The notes below the pieces were generated by a model. It made no database searches and was not told the origin of the DNA. It saw nothing but the letters and a program-made list of their open reading frames with translations. This document shows positions 51,584 to 61,345 of a DNA stretch of 64,000 bases, in pieces. This DNA comes from Thermoplasmata archaeon (GTDB lineage: Archaea > Thermoplasmatota > Thermoplasmata > UBA10834). The stretch covers positions 3,857-67,856 of the forward strand of contig JAOTTD010000008.1 of the NCBI GenBank assembly GCA_029864565.1, read 5' to 3'. Numbering within the stretch: position 1 is the first letter of the stretch; each line of letters starts with the position of its first letter. A program made the position numbers and the translations under genes.

Positions 51584-52096
51584 TTGGCAGATGCTAAGGA
51601 GCCGAAACCGGAGTTTACTAGGAAGGTAATAGAAGCGGGGGGCAAGACGGTTAACCTGTGCTTCCAGTGCGGTACCTGCACGGGAAGCTGCCCGTCCGGA
51701 AGGCAGACGGCCTTCAGGATAAGGAAGCTGGTCCGCAGGGCCCAGCTAGGGTTCGAGGAGGACGTCCTGCCATCTGAGGATCTGTGGCTGTGCACGACTT
51801 GTTTCACGTGCTACGAAAGATGCCCGAGAGGAGTGGAGATCGTCGATATCGTTATGGCGCTCAGGAACATGGCCGTCAGGCAGGGGCACATGGCCGAGTC
51901 GCACAGGAAGGTCGCTGAGCTCATATCGAAGACGGGCCACCTTGTGTCGCTGAGAGACCAGGACAAGGAGCTCAGAGGAAGGCTGGGACTCGAAGAGACC
52001 CCACCGACCGTGTTCTCCGACCCGAAGGCGCAGGAAGAGGTCGTCAAGATCGCTGCGCTGTGCGGGTTCGACAAGCTCGTCGCGGGAGGTAAGTGA
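51584..52096 (+). CDS. hdrC: heterodisulfide reductase subunit C-like (2x[4Fe-4S])
   Basis: CFQCGTCTGSCP and CTTCFTCYERCP clusters. TTG 51584 follows GGTGAT (GTG 51575 is the alternative start). Confidence 0.8.
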   Translation: MADAKEPKPEFTRKVIEAGGKTVNLCFQCGTCTGSCPSGRQTAFRIRKLVRRAQLGFEEDVLPSEDLWLCTTCFTCYERCPRGVEIVDIVMALRNMAVRQGHMAESHRKVAELISKTGHLVSLRDQDKELRGRLGLEETPPTVFSDPKAQEEVVKIAALCGFDKLVAGGK

Positions 52097-52097
52097 G

Positions 52098-52949
52098 ATG
52101 GCGAAGTACGGATTCTTCCTGGGCTGCATCATGCCGCTCAGGTATCCAGGGATAGAGAGTTCGAGCCGGGCGGTCATGGAGTCGCTGGGCGTCGAGCTGG
52201 TCGACATGAAGGGAGCGAGCTGCTGCCCAGCACCAGGTGTAATGAGGTCCTTCGACCAGACATACTGGATGGCGGTCGCCGCGAGGAACCTCGCGATAGC
52301 CGAGAACATGGGTGTGGACATCGTGACGATCTGCAACGGGTGCTTCGACACACTGTTCGAGGTCGCGCACAAGCTCAACCACGACGAGGATCTGAGGGCG
52401 AAGGTCAACAAGATTCTGAAGGACGCCTCTGGAATGGAGTACAAGGGCACCGTCAACGTCAGGCACTTTGTCGAGCTGCTTTACAAGGACATCGGGGTCG
52501 ACGCGGTCAGGGCGAAGGTCAAGGGCGAGAAGCAGCTGAAGGCAGCGGTACACTACGGCTGCCACTTCCTGAAGCCCAGCAACATCAAGAAGATCGACGA
52601 CGCCGAGCGGCCACATGTGTTCGACGACCTCGTTGAGGCAGCGGGGATGGTCAGCGTGCCCTACAAAGACAAGGGCACGTGCTGTGGCGCCGGAGGCGGT
52701 GTCAGGGCGAGAACCCCGGACGTTTCGCTGGCGATGACCAAGGAGAACCTCACGAACATGACGAACGCCGGAGTGGAGGTCATAGTCGACTGCTGTCCCT
52801 TCTGTCACCTGCAGTACGACGTCAGCCAGCCGCAGCTGAAGGAGTTCAACATACCCGTGTTGCACCTGTCGCAGCTGCTTGGACTCGCGTTCGGACTCGA
52901 GAAGGACAAGCTCGGACTCGAGAGCCATCAAGTGAAGGTAAACCTCTAA
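52098..52949 (+). CDS. hdrB: heterodisulfide reductase subunit B-like (two CCG domains)
   Basis: YGFFLGCIMP...ASCCPAPG and HYGCHFLKP...GTCCGAGGG...CCPFCHLQ. SD GGGAGGT upstream. Confidence 0.85.
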   Translation: MAKYGFFLGCIMPLRYPGIESSSRAVMESLGVELVDMKGASCCPAPGVMRSFDQTYWMAVAARNLAIAENMGVDIVTICNGCFDTLFEVAHKLNHDEDLRAKVNKILKDASGMEYKGTVNVRHFVELLYKDIGVDAVRAKVKGEKQLKAAVHYGCHFLKPSNIKKIDDAERPHVFDDLVEAAGMVSVPYKDKGTCCGAGGGVRARTPDVSLAMTKENLTNMTNAGVEVIVDCCPFCHLQYDVSQPQLKEFNIPVLHLSQLLGLAFGLEKDKLGLESHQVKVNL

Positions 52950-52971
52950 TAAACCCAGGAGATCACCGGAG

Positions 52972-53241
52972 ATGCACGTTGCGAGGCTGTTGGCAATAAC
53001 CGAGGTCGGCAAGGTGCCTCCGGAGATCCGCCCCTTTGTCGAGTTCCGAGCTGCGATGGAGGAACGCGAACTCGAGGAGAACGAGAAGGTCGCTATACTC
53101 GTGATCGAGACCACGAGCAGCTACGTGCCCGTGTTCCTGAAGGATGCGGTCAGCCTTGCCGAGCTCGAGAAACGACTCGCAGACCAGGACGCGAAGCTCG
53201 CGACAGACTCGCGTGACGCGCTGGCGCAGCATCTCCAGTGA
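52972..53241 (+). CDS. small hypothetical protein (89 aa)
   Basis: ATG preceded by AGGAGATCACCGGAG. Acidic/helical. Lies directly downstream of hdrB. Confidence 0.4.
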   Translation: MHVARLLAITEVGKVPPEIRPFVEFRAAMEERELEENEKVAILVIETTSSYVPVFLKDAVSLAELEKRLADQDAKLATDSRDALAQHLQ

Positions 53242-53306
53242 GTTCCGCCAGTAAGATTCATTAAACACGGACGCTTACACCCTGACGGGACCAAGGACGT
53301 GTCATC

Positions 53307-53444
53307 ATGAGGAAGTTGTACAAGTGCTTCACATGCGGCAAGCTCTACGACGACGAAGAGCGCGCCAAGGCGTGCCACGGCGCGCCGGTGCAGTCCCTGG
53401 TCGAGGACGAGACGCGGCGCAAGCCGAAGTTCCTCGGCAATTGA
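53307..53444 (+). CDS. 45-aa zinc-finger micro-protein candidate
   Basis: MRKLYKCFTCGKLYDDEERAKACHGAP... has a C-x2-C-x12-C-H pattern. It is below the ORF-track length cutoff, and no strong SD is present. Confidence 0.3.
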   Translation: MRKLYKCFTCGKLYDDEERAKACHGAPVQSLVEDETRRKPKFLGN

Positions 53445-53501
53445 GCTGTTGACATCATTTTGTGGAATATGCTCGTCGCGCCTCGGACGGAGAGGATCAC
53501 G

Positions 53502-54908
53502 ATGTCGCTCGAGAAGATACACAAGGACATCGACAGGCTCTGGCCAGTGCATCTGCAGAAGACGAGAGAGATGCTCAGGATACCGAGCGTGTCCATGACT
53601 GGGGAAGGGATAGAGGAGACTGCCGGGGCGCTTGCCGACATGCTGACCAGGATGGGGACGAGGGTCAAGATGTTCAAGGCAGGCAATAATAGCCACCCTC
53701 TGGTGGCTGGCGAACTCGACGTCGGAGCGGACATGACCGCGTTGCTCTACGGGATGTACGATGTCCAGCCAGTCGGGGACATCGACTTGTGGGACCATCC
53801 GCCCTTCGGCGCAACGATCGTTAAGAAGAAGCCATTCGGGGAGACGCTCGTCAACCGAGGTGTGTACAATTCGAAGGCTTCGCTTATGGGGACTCTGCTC
53901 GCCATCGGGACGATGTTGGACAGAGGGGAGCTCCCAATGAATATCCACTTCCTCCTGGATGGGGAGGAGGAACTCGGCGGACAGAGCTTCCCGAAGTACA
54001 TACACAAGAACAAGGCGAAGCTATCGAAGGCTGACGCCGCATTCGGGCTCGATTATGGCGAGAACGCGGACGGAGTCCCCATGATAGCATTGGGGATGAA
54101 GGGGTGCATGTACCTCGACCTGTCCACGAAGGGGTCGGAGCGCGGCGGGCCGACAGAAGGTGAGATCCATAGCAGCGACGCCGTCATCGTGGAGAGCCCC
54201 GTCTGGAGGCTGGTTCACGCCATTTCAAGCATGGTGGACGAGAACCAAGACCCATCGATCGATGGCATATGGGACGATGTGGAGGACCCGGCCAAAGAGG
54301 ACACCGCGCTGGTGCGGAAGCTCGCCAAGGTGTTCGACCCGGAATGCTACGCCCGTGAGACTGGAGTCAAGAAGTTCAAGGTCAAGGGGTCAAAGGAGAA
54401 ACTCCTCAGGAAGTACCTCTTCGAGCCGTCGCTGAACATAGACGGCATCGTGGCGGGATACAACGGCGAAGGGTCTAAGACCGTGCTGCCTGACTCCGCC
54501 AAAGCCAAAATAGACATCCGCCTGGTACCCAACATGTCCGTCGAAGGGACTTTCAAGAAGGTGGAAGCGCACCTCAGGAGGCGGGGTTTCACCGACGTCC
54601 ACATCGGGAGATATGAGGACTATCCATGGACCAAGGTGTCTGTCAATGAAACGGTTTCACAGGCGTGCATCGAGGCGATGAAGTACCATGGCAAGGAACC
54701 GGAAGTCTGGCCGTTGACGGCGGGATCGGCGCCGTTCTACCTGTTCGACCAGTTTCTCGGAGTGCCATGGGGGGGTGCCGGACTCGGTCATGGAGGCAGA
54801 GCTCACGCCCCGAACGAGTTCGCAGTCGTTGCGAAGATGAAGGACTTCGAGAAGAGTGTCGCCACGGTCTTCTGGAAGTTCACTGAGATCTCCGGCCGCA
54901 AACGATGA
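53502..54908 (+). CDS. M20-family metallopeptidase (ArgE/DapE/ACY1/CPG2 clan)
   Basis: ATG 53502 follows GGAGAGGATCAC. Contains LLYGMYDVQPVG, LLDGEEELGG, and the C-terminal GLGHGGRAHAPNEF. Confidence 0.8.
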   Translation: MSLEKIHKDIDRLWPVHLQKTREMLRIPSVSMTGEGIEETAGALADMLTRMGTRVKMFKAGNNSHPLVAGELDVGADMTALLYGMYDVQPVGDIDLWDHPPFGATIVKKKPFGETLVNRGVYNSKASLMGTLLAIGTMLDRGELPMNIHFLLDGEEELGGQSFPKYIHKNKAKLSKADAAFGLDYGENADGVPMIALGMKGCMYLDLSTKGSERGGPTEGEIHSSDAVIVESPVWRLVHAISSMVDENQDPSIDGIWDDVEDPAKEDTALVRKLAKVFDPECYARETGVKKFKVKGSKEKLLRKYLFEPSLNIDGIVAGYNGEGSKTVLPDSAKAKIDIRLVPNMSVEGTFKKVEAHLRRRGFTDVHIGRYEDYPWTKVSVNETVSQACIEAMKYHGKEPEVWPLTAGSAPFYLFDQFLGVPWGGAGLGHGGRAHAPNEFAVVAKMKDFEKSVATVFWKFTEISGRKR

Positions 54909-55124
54909 GTCCCGCAGAACCCTGATACATCGGCCTGATGCATCTCCGATATCCGAAAGGGCGATACTCTTTTCGGACGTCTACATTGCGATCCGTCCGA
55001 ACCCTTGAGGCATAATGACCACCAGACATATCTCGAGAAGGCCGTAGAATCTGAGGAGAAACCGGTCTTTTTGCGACAGAAAGATCCCATTCTGGCTCCG
55101 CGTTTCAATCGCATTGCGTAATCA

Positions 55125-55132
55125 TTTATATA
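55125..55132 (+). promoter_or_regulatory. TATA box candidate for the peptide ABC operon
   Basis: TTTATATA lies 92 nt upstream of ATG 55224. It is the only strong A/T-rich box in the 315-nt intergenic region. Confidence 0.4.
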
Positions 55133-55223
55133 GCACTAAATCTAATGCACGCGCCAAGGGGAGCCGGAATGGCCCTGTGTGGCCATCCTATAGACCGGCC
55201 GATGAATCAGGGGTCTTGGGAAT

Positions 55224-58200
55224 ATGTTGAGGAATAACCATCTAGGAATTCGTGTGCTAGTCTTAGTGATTGTGGGGGCATTTGCGCTCTCATCCGTGCC
55301 GACTCTCACCAACGAGCCGGTTGTCGAGAACGCTTCCGCACAGACCGGTGATTATGTTACCTGCGCAATGAAGAGCACAGTCGTCTACTGGAACCCGTTG
55401 AACATACAGATGGTGGAGGACTACGTAGTCACATATCTTGTCTACAGCTCGCTGGTCACATACGACGAGAACTGGGAAGGTCCTGTGAATGACCTGGCAA
55501 CCGGACACTACTATGAAAGGCATGCGAACGGCAGCATGACGACTTACATAAACATCTCGACTAATGCTTACTTCAGAAGCATAGACAATCTCGAAGACAA
55601 GAGTCATCCGCTCGATGCGAGAGACGTGTCTTACACATACAACCTCATTAAGAACAACTCAGGAGGTACTTTCGACTGGTACCTCGAGGAGTTGAGCTAC
55701 TTCACGGCCTACAAGAACGAAACCTCCGGAAAATGGGATCAGGTGAGCACTTGGTGTTCATACGAGAAAGCCACTCTGTTGGACGACATCAGCGCCACAC
55801 CCATCCTGCCGATGTACCTTTGGGGGCCTGATGGGGAGAACTACGAGCAGAACGCGCTAGGCGGAATGGATCCTAGCCAGCAGGTCGGAAGCGGGCCGTT
55901 CGTCTTCGAGGATTGGGAAAGAGATAGCTGGTATGAGTTCAAGACCGCCCCCAACTACCACGGTGAGGCGGACTACGGATCTGCCAGAACAGTCAGTATC
56001 GAAGGCGTGATGTACCAGGTTGTGAGCGAGGCGTCAACGATGAGCTTGGCGCTGAACGCGGGAGATATAGACTGCGCCGTACTGACGGGCGACCTCTCCG
56101 ATTTCGAAGATGTCCTAGGCGAAGGAGAAGTCAGCGTCAACGTCTACAAAGCCGCGGTGGCTGAGAACGGGATTACGGACATCGCAATCAATGCGATTCC
56201 GCTTGATTTTGACGCAGGAGGAGGATACCTCACACGCAGCACCGAAGCTTTGCTGGACCCGTTCGTTCGTAAAGCCATCTTCATGACCCTAAACAAACCA
56301 TATATCGTGAACACTATGATGGGCGGCCTCCCGATCATGGCTCATTCGGTCGTGCAACCCGGATTCTGGCAGAAGGACATAGAGAACAAGGTCGAGTATG
56401 ACCCGGCCGGAGCCAAGGCGATGCTCCTCGCGAACGGTTGGGAGGTCGGCGAGAACGGCTGGCTGGTCGCGACCGAGGATGCGTGGGGCGTCCGGAATGG
56501 ACACTTCGACGTCGGGGAAGAGCTCTCTGGCATCAGATGTCAGGCAATCGATACCGATGACAACTACGGCAAGATCGCCGAAGCGTGGCCAGACTGGGCC
56601 GCTCAGGCAGGAATCGAGATCATTGGGTCCCGGGAGACGGAGACGGTCATGGTGAACAAGGCGTGGTATGCAGCCGACTATGACATCTGGGTATGGCACT
56701 GGGGCTGGGGCCCCGAGCCGATCGGCGGCGCAATCAGCGTATGGCTCACCTCCGAGATCGAGAAGAGCGGAGACAACTGCCAGATGCCCATGGGGCCGTG
56801 GTGGTATGGACCGAATAACTACACTGATGCGCCCACGACTTGGAATGTCGACGGAGAGATCATAGAGTACGAACTTGAAGGGGCCTACTCGGCGTTCGAC
56901 CAGAACATATCAATCGCGTGGAGGACGCTCGACGTCGATGACCGAAAAGTCATCACCGACAAGCTCCAGCAGTGGGTCTACGACTCCTACAGCGAGCTCC
57001 CACCGTACTACGACCTGGGACTCTACGGATACACGGATTACAGGTTCGACAACTGGGGCGACTGGGAGGCGCACAACGGCCTCAACGTCGTCCAAGGCCT
57101 TCCGTGGATCTGGTTCAGGCTCGAGCCTGTAGTTGACAGGAAACCGTTCTACAATGTGGAACCGGAAGACTGGTACACAGCCTATGCAGATGTAGCGGAG
57201 GAATTCTCAGTCAAGGTCTCTGACGAGGAAGGCTCGGATCTCACTGTGACATACAACTTCGGCGATGGCAGTGACCCCGAGTCTGTGATTCTCGACGGTG
57301 ACACGACTGTTCCCACATGGGCCAACGTGACTCACGAGTATACGAATGATGGCCAGTACACGTTGAATGTGTCCTTGACGGACGGATTCATAAAGGATGA
57401 CGCCGTGAGATATATCTACCGTGAGGCCACGGTCGAAGTACAGGGCGAAGTAAACGATCCGCCAGAGATTTCCCTAGTGACCAGGGATCCACCGTCACCT
57501 GCGTATGAGGATACCGTGGTAACCTGGGAGGCCACTGCTTCAGATCCCGATTCGGGCGACAGTGGCACGGGGTTGAAGTTCACCTGGGACTGGGGTGATG
57601 GCACATACTCCGTGGAGGAGTATGCGGATCTGGCCAACGGAGAGGAAGTGACTGATACACAGACCCACTCGTGGGGCATCTCTGGTGACTACGAGGTGAC
57701 AATCTCGGTCTTCGACGAGACGGGCTCGGAGTCGGGCGAACACAACGTTTCCGCCACGTATGCGTATGAGATCCTGCGGAACGAGGCTCCTGCCAATCCG
57801 TACGTTCAGACCATCTACGGCCTAGTGGACGATCCCACTGAATGCGTTGCCTGGTCTTCAGACCCTGACCTAGAAGACCTGAAATTCACATGGGATTGGG
57901 GCGATGACACCTACACCGTCGAAACTCTGACGCCAGACTACGCAGGTCAGATGTTGACGTCGATGGTGGAGAAGACATGGTCCGCCGAGGGCGAGTACAA
58001 CATCAATGTCTCGGTCGAGGACGAGGTGGGACACAACGTAACGACCGCTGCTGTGGTGACCATAACCAGCGGCAATGCGCCTCCAAATGCGGTGTTGCTA
58101 GAATGGTCTCCTGATCCGATATACGTCGGCATCAACACGACTTTCAACGTGAGTGCGCGTGACGCGAACGGCGATGCAATCACTTTCAGCATCGATCTCG

Positions 58201-59153
58201 GGGACGGCGACAGCACCGACCACACGATGGATAGCGGAACCACGGAGAGGCAGTACTGGGAGTTCTATCACACCTACGAGCTGGAGAATTCCTACACGGT
58301 ATCCATAACAGTAGGAGATGGCGACCTTAGCCTCGTCGCGAACTTCACCGTGAACGTGATAGTGCCTCAGGAGAACGTGCCACCAGAGCTGATCATTCTG
58401 AGCAACTACCAGGCCTACTTCGAAGAGCCCAAGACGATTAGGCCGCTGGAGGTTCAGGACGCCAATCCGGAGGACGAAATCACCGTGTGGTTTGAATGGG
58501 GCGACGGATCGCCGATGAGCATGGGAGATCCCGACGATGGCTATTCAGCCACACATACTTACAGTGCGACGGGAGCGTTCACGCTGACAGTGTATGCGGA
58601 CGATGGAGAACCGGAACACAACGTAAGCAAGACGTCGACGGTCAATGTGGACGAGAGGAACAGGCAGGCGGTCGTTGAAAGGATAACCTTGTCGCCCGAC
58701 AAGGAGGAATACTCCGTTGACGAGACGATCTCATTCTCGGTGACTGTCGCTGACCTCGAAGGCGACAACGTGACCGTGCGCATTGAATTCGGCGATGGTG
58801 AGTCGGACGAGGCCGTTGTCGACCTAGTTGCGAAGGTCGACACGAACGTGACTTTCGAGCACGCGTACAGCTCAGGCGACAAGGAGTATGTGGTGAACGC
58901 GACCGCGGATGACGGACTCGAGCACGCGAACGCGACCTTGCCGAAGGAGAGCGTCACGGTAGTCGTATCCGAGACAGCCTTCCCATGGGCGTTGGCAATT
59001 GGCGCGGCAGTCGCAATCTTGGCGGCCGTCGTGGTAGCGGCGATGCTCATGAAGCGGAAGAAGAAGGGTGCGACCGATATGCCGTCAGAAGATGTCGGCG
59101 GCATGGAGGGGATGGCGCCTCCCGATGAACCGATGCCACCACCCACTGAGTAG
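55224..59153 (+). CDS. ABC substrate-binding protein (family 5, peptide/nickel type) fused to about six PKD-like modules and a C-terminal TM anchor
   Basis: Signal/anchor LGIRVLVLVIVGAFALSSV and about 600 aa of SBP_bac_5-like sequence (GSGPFVFEDWERDSWYEFKTAPNYHG). Repeated modules follow, with YNFGDGS, FTWDWGDGT, FTWDWGDDT, IDLGDGDS, FEWGDGSP and IEFGDGES. TM WALAIGAAVAILAAVVVAAMLM plus KRKKK. Confidence 0.8.
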   Translation: MLRNNHLGIRVLVLVIVGAFALSSVPTLTNEPVVENASAQTGDYVTCAMKSTVVYWNPLNIQMVEDYVVTYLVYSSLVTYDENWEGPVNDLATGHYYERHANGSMTTYINISTNAYFRSIDNLEDKSHPLDARDVSYTYNLIKNNSGGTFDWYLEELSYFTAYKNETSGKWDQVSTWCSYEKATLLDDISATPILPMYLWGPDGENYEQNALGGMDPSQQVGSGPFVFEDWERDSWYEFKTAPNYHGEADYGSARTVSIEGVMYQVVSEASTMSLALNAGDIDCAVLTGDLSDFEDVLGEGEVSVNVYKAAVAENGITDIAINAIPLDFDAGGGYLTRSTEALLDPFVRKAIFMTLNKPYIVNTMMGGLPIMAHSVVQPGFWQKDIENKVEYDPAGAKAMLLANGWEVGENGWLVATEDAWGVRNGHFDVGEELSGIRCQAIDTDDNYGKIAEAWPDWAAQAGIEIIGSRETETVMVNKAWYAADYDIWVWHWGWGPEPIGGAISVWLTSEIEKSGDNCQMPMGPWWYGPNNYTDAPTTWNVDGEIIEYELEGAYSAFDQNISIAWRTLDVDDRKVITDKLQQWVYDSYSELPPYYDLGLYGYTDYRFDNWGDWEAHNGLNVVQGLPWIWFRLEPVVDRKPFYNVEPEDWYTAYADVAEEFSVKVSDEEGSDLTVTYNFGDGSDPESVILDGDTTVPTWANVTHEYTNDGQYTLNVSLTDGFIKDDAVRYIYREATVEVQGEVNDPPEISLVTRDPPSPAYEDTVVTWEATASDPDSGDSGTGLKFTWDWGDGTYSVEEYADLANGEEVTDTQTHSWGISGDYEVTISVFDETGSESGEHNVSATYAYEILRNEAPANPYVQTIYGLVDDPTECVAWSSDPDLEDLKFTWDWGDDTYTVETLTPDYAGQMLTSMVEKTWSAEGEYNINVSVEDEVGHNVTTAAVVTITSGNAPPNAVLLEWSPDPIYVGINTTFNVSARDANGDAITFSIDLGDGDSTDHTMDSGTTERQYWEFYHTYELENSYTVSITVGDGDLSLVANFTVNVIVPQENVPPELIILSNYQAYFEEPKTIRPLEVQDANPEDEITVWFEWGDGSPMSMGDPDDGYSATHTYSATGAFTLTVYADDGEPEHNVSKTSTVNVDERNRQAVVERITLSPDKEEYSVDETISFSVTVADLEGDNVTVRIEFGDGESDEAVVDLVAKVDTNVTFEHAYSSGDKEYVVNATADDGLEHANATLPKESVTVVVSETAFPWALAIGAAVAILAAVVVAAMLMKRKKKGATDMPSEDVGGMEGMAPPDEPMPPPTE

Positions 59154-59307
59154 GATGACGACGAGAAGCAGAAACTCTTGAAACCCCTTTCATTTCACTA
59201 TTTCGAGGCGTCAAGCAAGGCGAGAAGAGATATACGCGAACGAGCTAAGGGGCAGGTTAGGACTCGCACACATATCACCCACATATTGAGAAACGGACGG
59301 TACGAAC

Positions 59308-60291
59308 ATGGATTCTTTCCGTAAGGTGCTGGCAAAACGGATATTCAATGCATTCCTGGCGATAATTCTCATAATGCTCATCAACTTCCTGCTTTTCAGA
59401 GTCATGCCCGGGGACCCTGCCCTCATGGCGACCCCCAGGCTGCCTGGAGACGCGGCTGAGGCCATATACGAAAGAAATGTCGAGTTGATGGGACTCGACC
59501 AGCCTCTCCACGTTCAGCTCTACAAGTACTTCGTGCAAACCTTCATGCTCGAATGGGGAGAATCGTACAAACACGAGCTACCCGTCACGACGGTCGTGGC
59601 GAATTCGATCATGTGGACGATGTTGTTGTTAGGCGTTTCATCGTTCCTCACGTTCGTAATCGGCATCAAGTTGGGGAAGATGGCTGCGAACAGGAGAGGA
59701 AAGCCAGTGGACGTCACAATCACGAGTTTTGGCCTCTTCTTCTATGGCATGCCAGTCTTCTGGTTCGCAATAGTGCTGATGGTCGTTTTCGCTGTGTGGA
59801 TTCCAGCTTTTCCATTGTCGGGATACATGGACCCTGGAATGCATCCGGGGTTCAGTATAGATGCCATCACGAATATTCTCTGGCACATGACTCTTCCCGT
59901 TGCGACCCTGACGATAGGCGCTCTGGCAGGCATAATTCTCATCCAGAGAAATTCGCTCGTGGATGTCCTCACGGAAGAGTACATCGTGACTGCGTACGCC
60001 AAGGGATTGTCCGAAAAGCAGGTCATGAAGGGACACGCGACCCCGAATGCCCGTTTGCCGGTCGTGACCACGATTGCCATGGACATCGCGTTCATATTAG
60101 GAGGGGCATTCCAAGTGGAGTACGTTTTCAGTTACAAGGGAATCGGATGGGTGACAATCGATGCGATCAATGACTACGATTACCCGATCCTGCAGTTCAT
60201 CGTCCTCATCGGAGGGGTTGCGGTCGTCCTCGCCAACCTGCTTGCGGACATCGTGCTGGTGAAGCTTGATCCGAGGGTGACTATAACATGA
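59308..60291 (+). CDS. ABC peptide transporter permease (DppB/OppB type)
   Basis: MDSFRKVLAKRIFNAFLAIILIMLINFLLFRVMPGDP N-terminus and EEYIVTAYAKGLSEKQVMKGHATPNA (EAA loop). Confidence 0.88.
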   Translation: MDSFRKVLAKRIFNAFLAIILIMLINFLLFRVMPGDPALMATPRLPGDAAEAIYERNVELMGLDQPLHVQLYKYFVQTFMLEWGESYKHELPVTTVVANSIMWTMLLLGVSSFLTFVIGIKLGKMAANRRGKPVDVTITSFGLFFYGMPVFWFAIVLMVVFAVWIPAFPLSGYMDPGMHPGFSIDAITNILWHMTLPVATLTIGALAGIILIQRNSLVDVLTEEYIVTAYAKGLSEKQVMKGHATPNARLPVVTTIAMDIAFILGGAFQVEYVFSYKGIGWVTIDAINDYDYPILQFIVLIGGVAVVLANLLADIVLVKLDPRVTIT

Positions 60292-60303
60292 GGGGGCAAT
60301 GAC

Positions 60304-61245
60304 GTGACCAACTTCCAGAAACATCTCGAACGGGCATCCCGCCGTGTCCTCCGCCCAATCGCAGGCCCAACATGGACAGACAAGATTGCGCTCTCAATGA
60401 AAGGTTTTGGAAAGATCACCGACCTGTTCATAGCGACATGGATGGGAAGGATCGGTATTGCAATCATCGCCTTCTTCCTTTTCGTAGTGGTCTACGCAGA
60501 CTTCTTCATGCCATACGACAGCCATGACGTCGGCGACGATATCAGAGCGGCAGCCTCATGGGAACACCCATTTGGCACGGATGGCCTTGGAAGGGATGTC
60601 TTTACGCGGACGGTTCACGGTACCAAGGCCTCGCTACTAGTCGGCTTCGTGGCGATGGCAATCTCGATGGGCATCGGCACAGGAGTCGGTCTCGTCTCGG
60701 GTTTCTGGGGAGGATGGAGGGACGAGGCTATCATGAGGTTCAACGACGTGTTCCTTTCCATACCATGGCTCGTCCTCATGATGGTTATAGTGGCGCTCTT
60801 CAATGCGAGGAACCTCTTTGCGGTCGTCTTCGTCATTGGCATCACAGGCTGGTCGTTTACCGCGAGGATAGTGCGTTCACAGGTACTTTCGCTCAAGTCG
60901 AGACAGTTCGTCGAACGCGCAAAAGCCATCGGGTCGGGGGATATGCACATCATCAGGAAACACATCTTCCCCAATGTAATCCCCATTGTGTTCGCCAACG
61001 CGATACTGACTATCGCGATAGCGATTCTGTCAGAGAGCACTTTGAGTTTCCTCGGCCTCGGCCCCCAAGATGTCGAAACGTGGGGGAGGGTGCTCGAAGA
61101 CGCCTACAAGGAGAGCGCCGTCTTGGCCGGTCCGCTTCCATTCATCATAATGCCCGGCCTGTGCATCGTGATAGTCGTCCTCGGATTCACATTCATAGGT
61201 TATGCAATGGACGAGGTGCTGAACCCCAAGTTGCGCCAACGATAG
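60304..61245 (+). CDS. ABC peptide transporter permease (DppC/OppC type)
   Basis: HPFGTDGLGRDVFTRTVHG and SRQFVERAKAIGSGDMHIIRKHIFPN (EAA loop). GTG start. Confidence 0.88.
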   Translation: MTNFQKHLERASRRVLRPIAGPTWTDKIALSMKGFGKITDLFIATWMGRIGIAIIAFFLFVVVYADFFMPYDSHDVGDDIRAAASWEHPFGTDGLGRDVFTRTVHGTKASLLVGFVAMAISMGIGTGVGLVSGFWGGWRDEAIMRFNDVFLSIPWLVLMMVIVALFNARNLFAVVFVIGITGWSFTARIVRSQVLSLKSRQFVERAKAIGSGDMHIIRKHIFPNVIPIVFANAILTIAIAILSESTLSFLGLGPQDVETWGRVLEDAYKESAVLAGPLPFIIMPGLCIVIVVLGFTFIGYAMDEVLNPKLRQR

Positions 61246-61345
61246 GAGTGGGCTAGGGGCCCTCCCGACGATTGGTGTCTGCAGCAACCTTTTAATATGG
61301 AAATCGGTTATCGAGCTACCCCGATCAGTATACCAGAGGTATCAG

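Noticed and set aside
54903-54960. C/D-box sRNA-like pattern (CGATGAG ... CTGA ... CTGATGC) at the 3' end of the M20 peptidase gene
   Set aside because: The C box deviates from RUGAUGA, there is no terminal D box (CUGA) at the expected distance, and no terminal stem. It is probably chance.
55169-55186. Palindrome ATGGCC-CTGTGT-GGCCAT in the 5' leader of the SBP-PKD gene
   Set aside because: It is a single 6-bp-arm palindrome in GC-rich DNA and may occur by chance. No second copy or partner regulator is evident.
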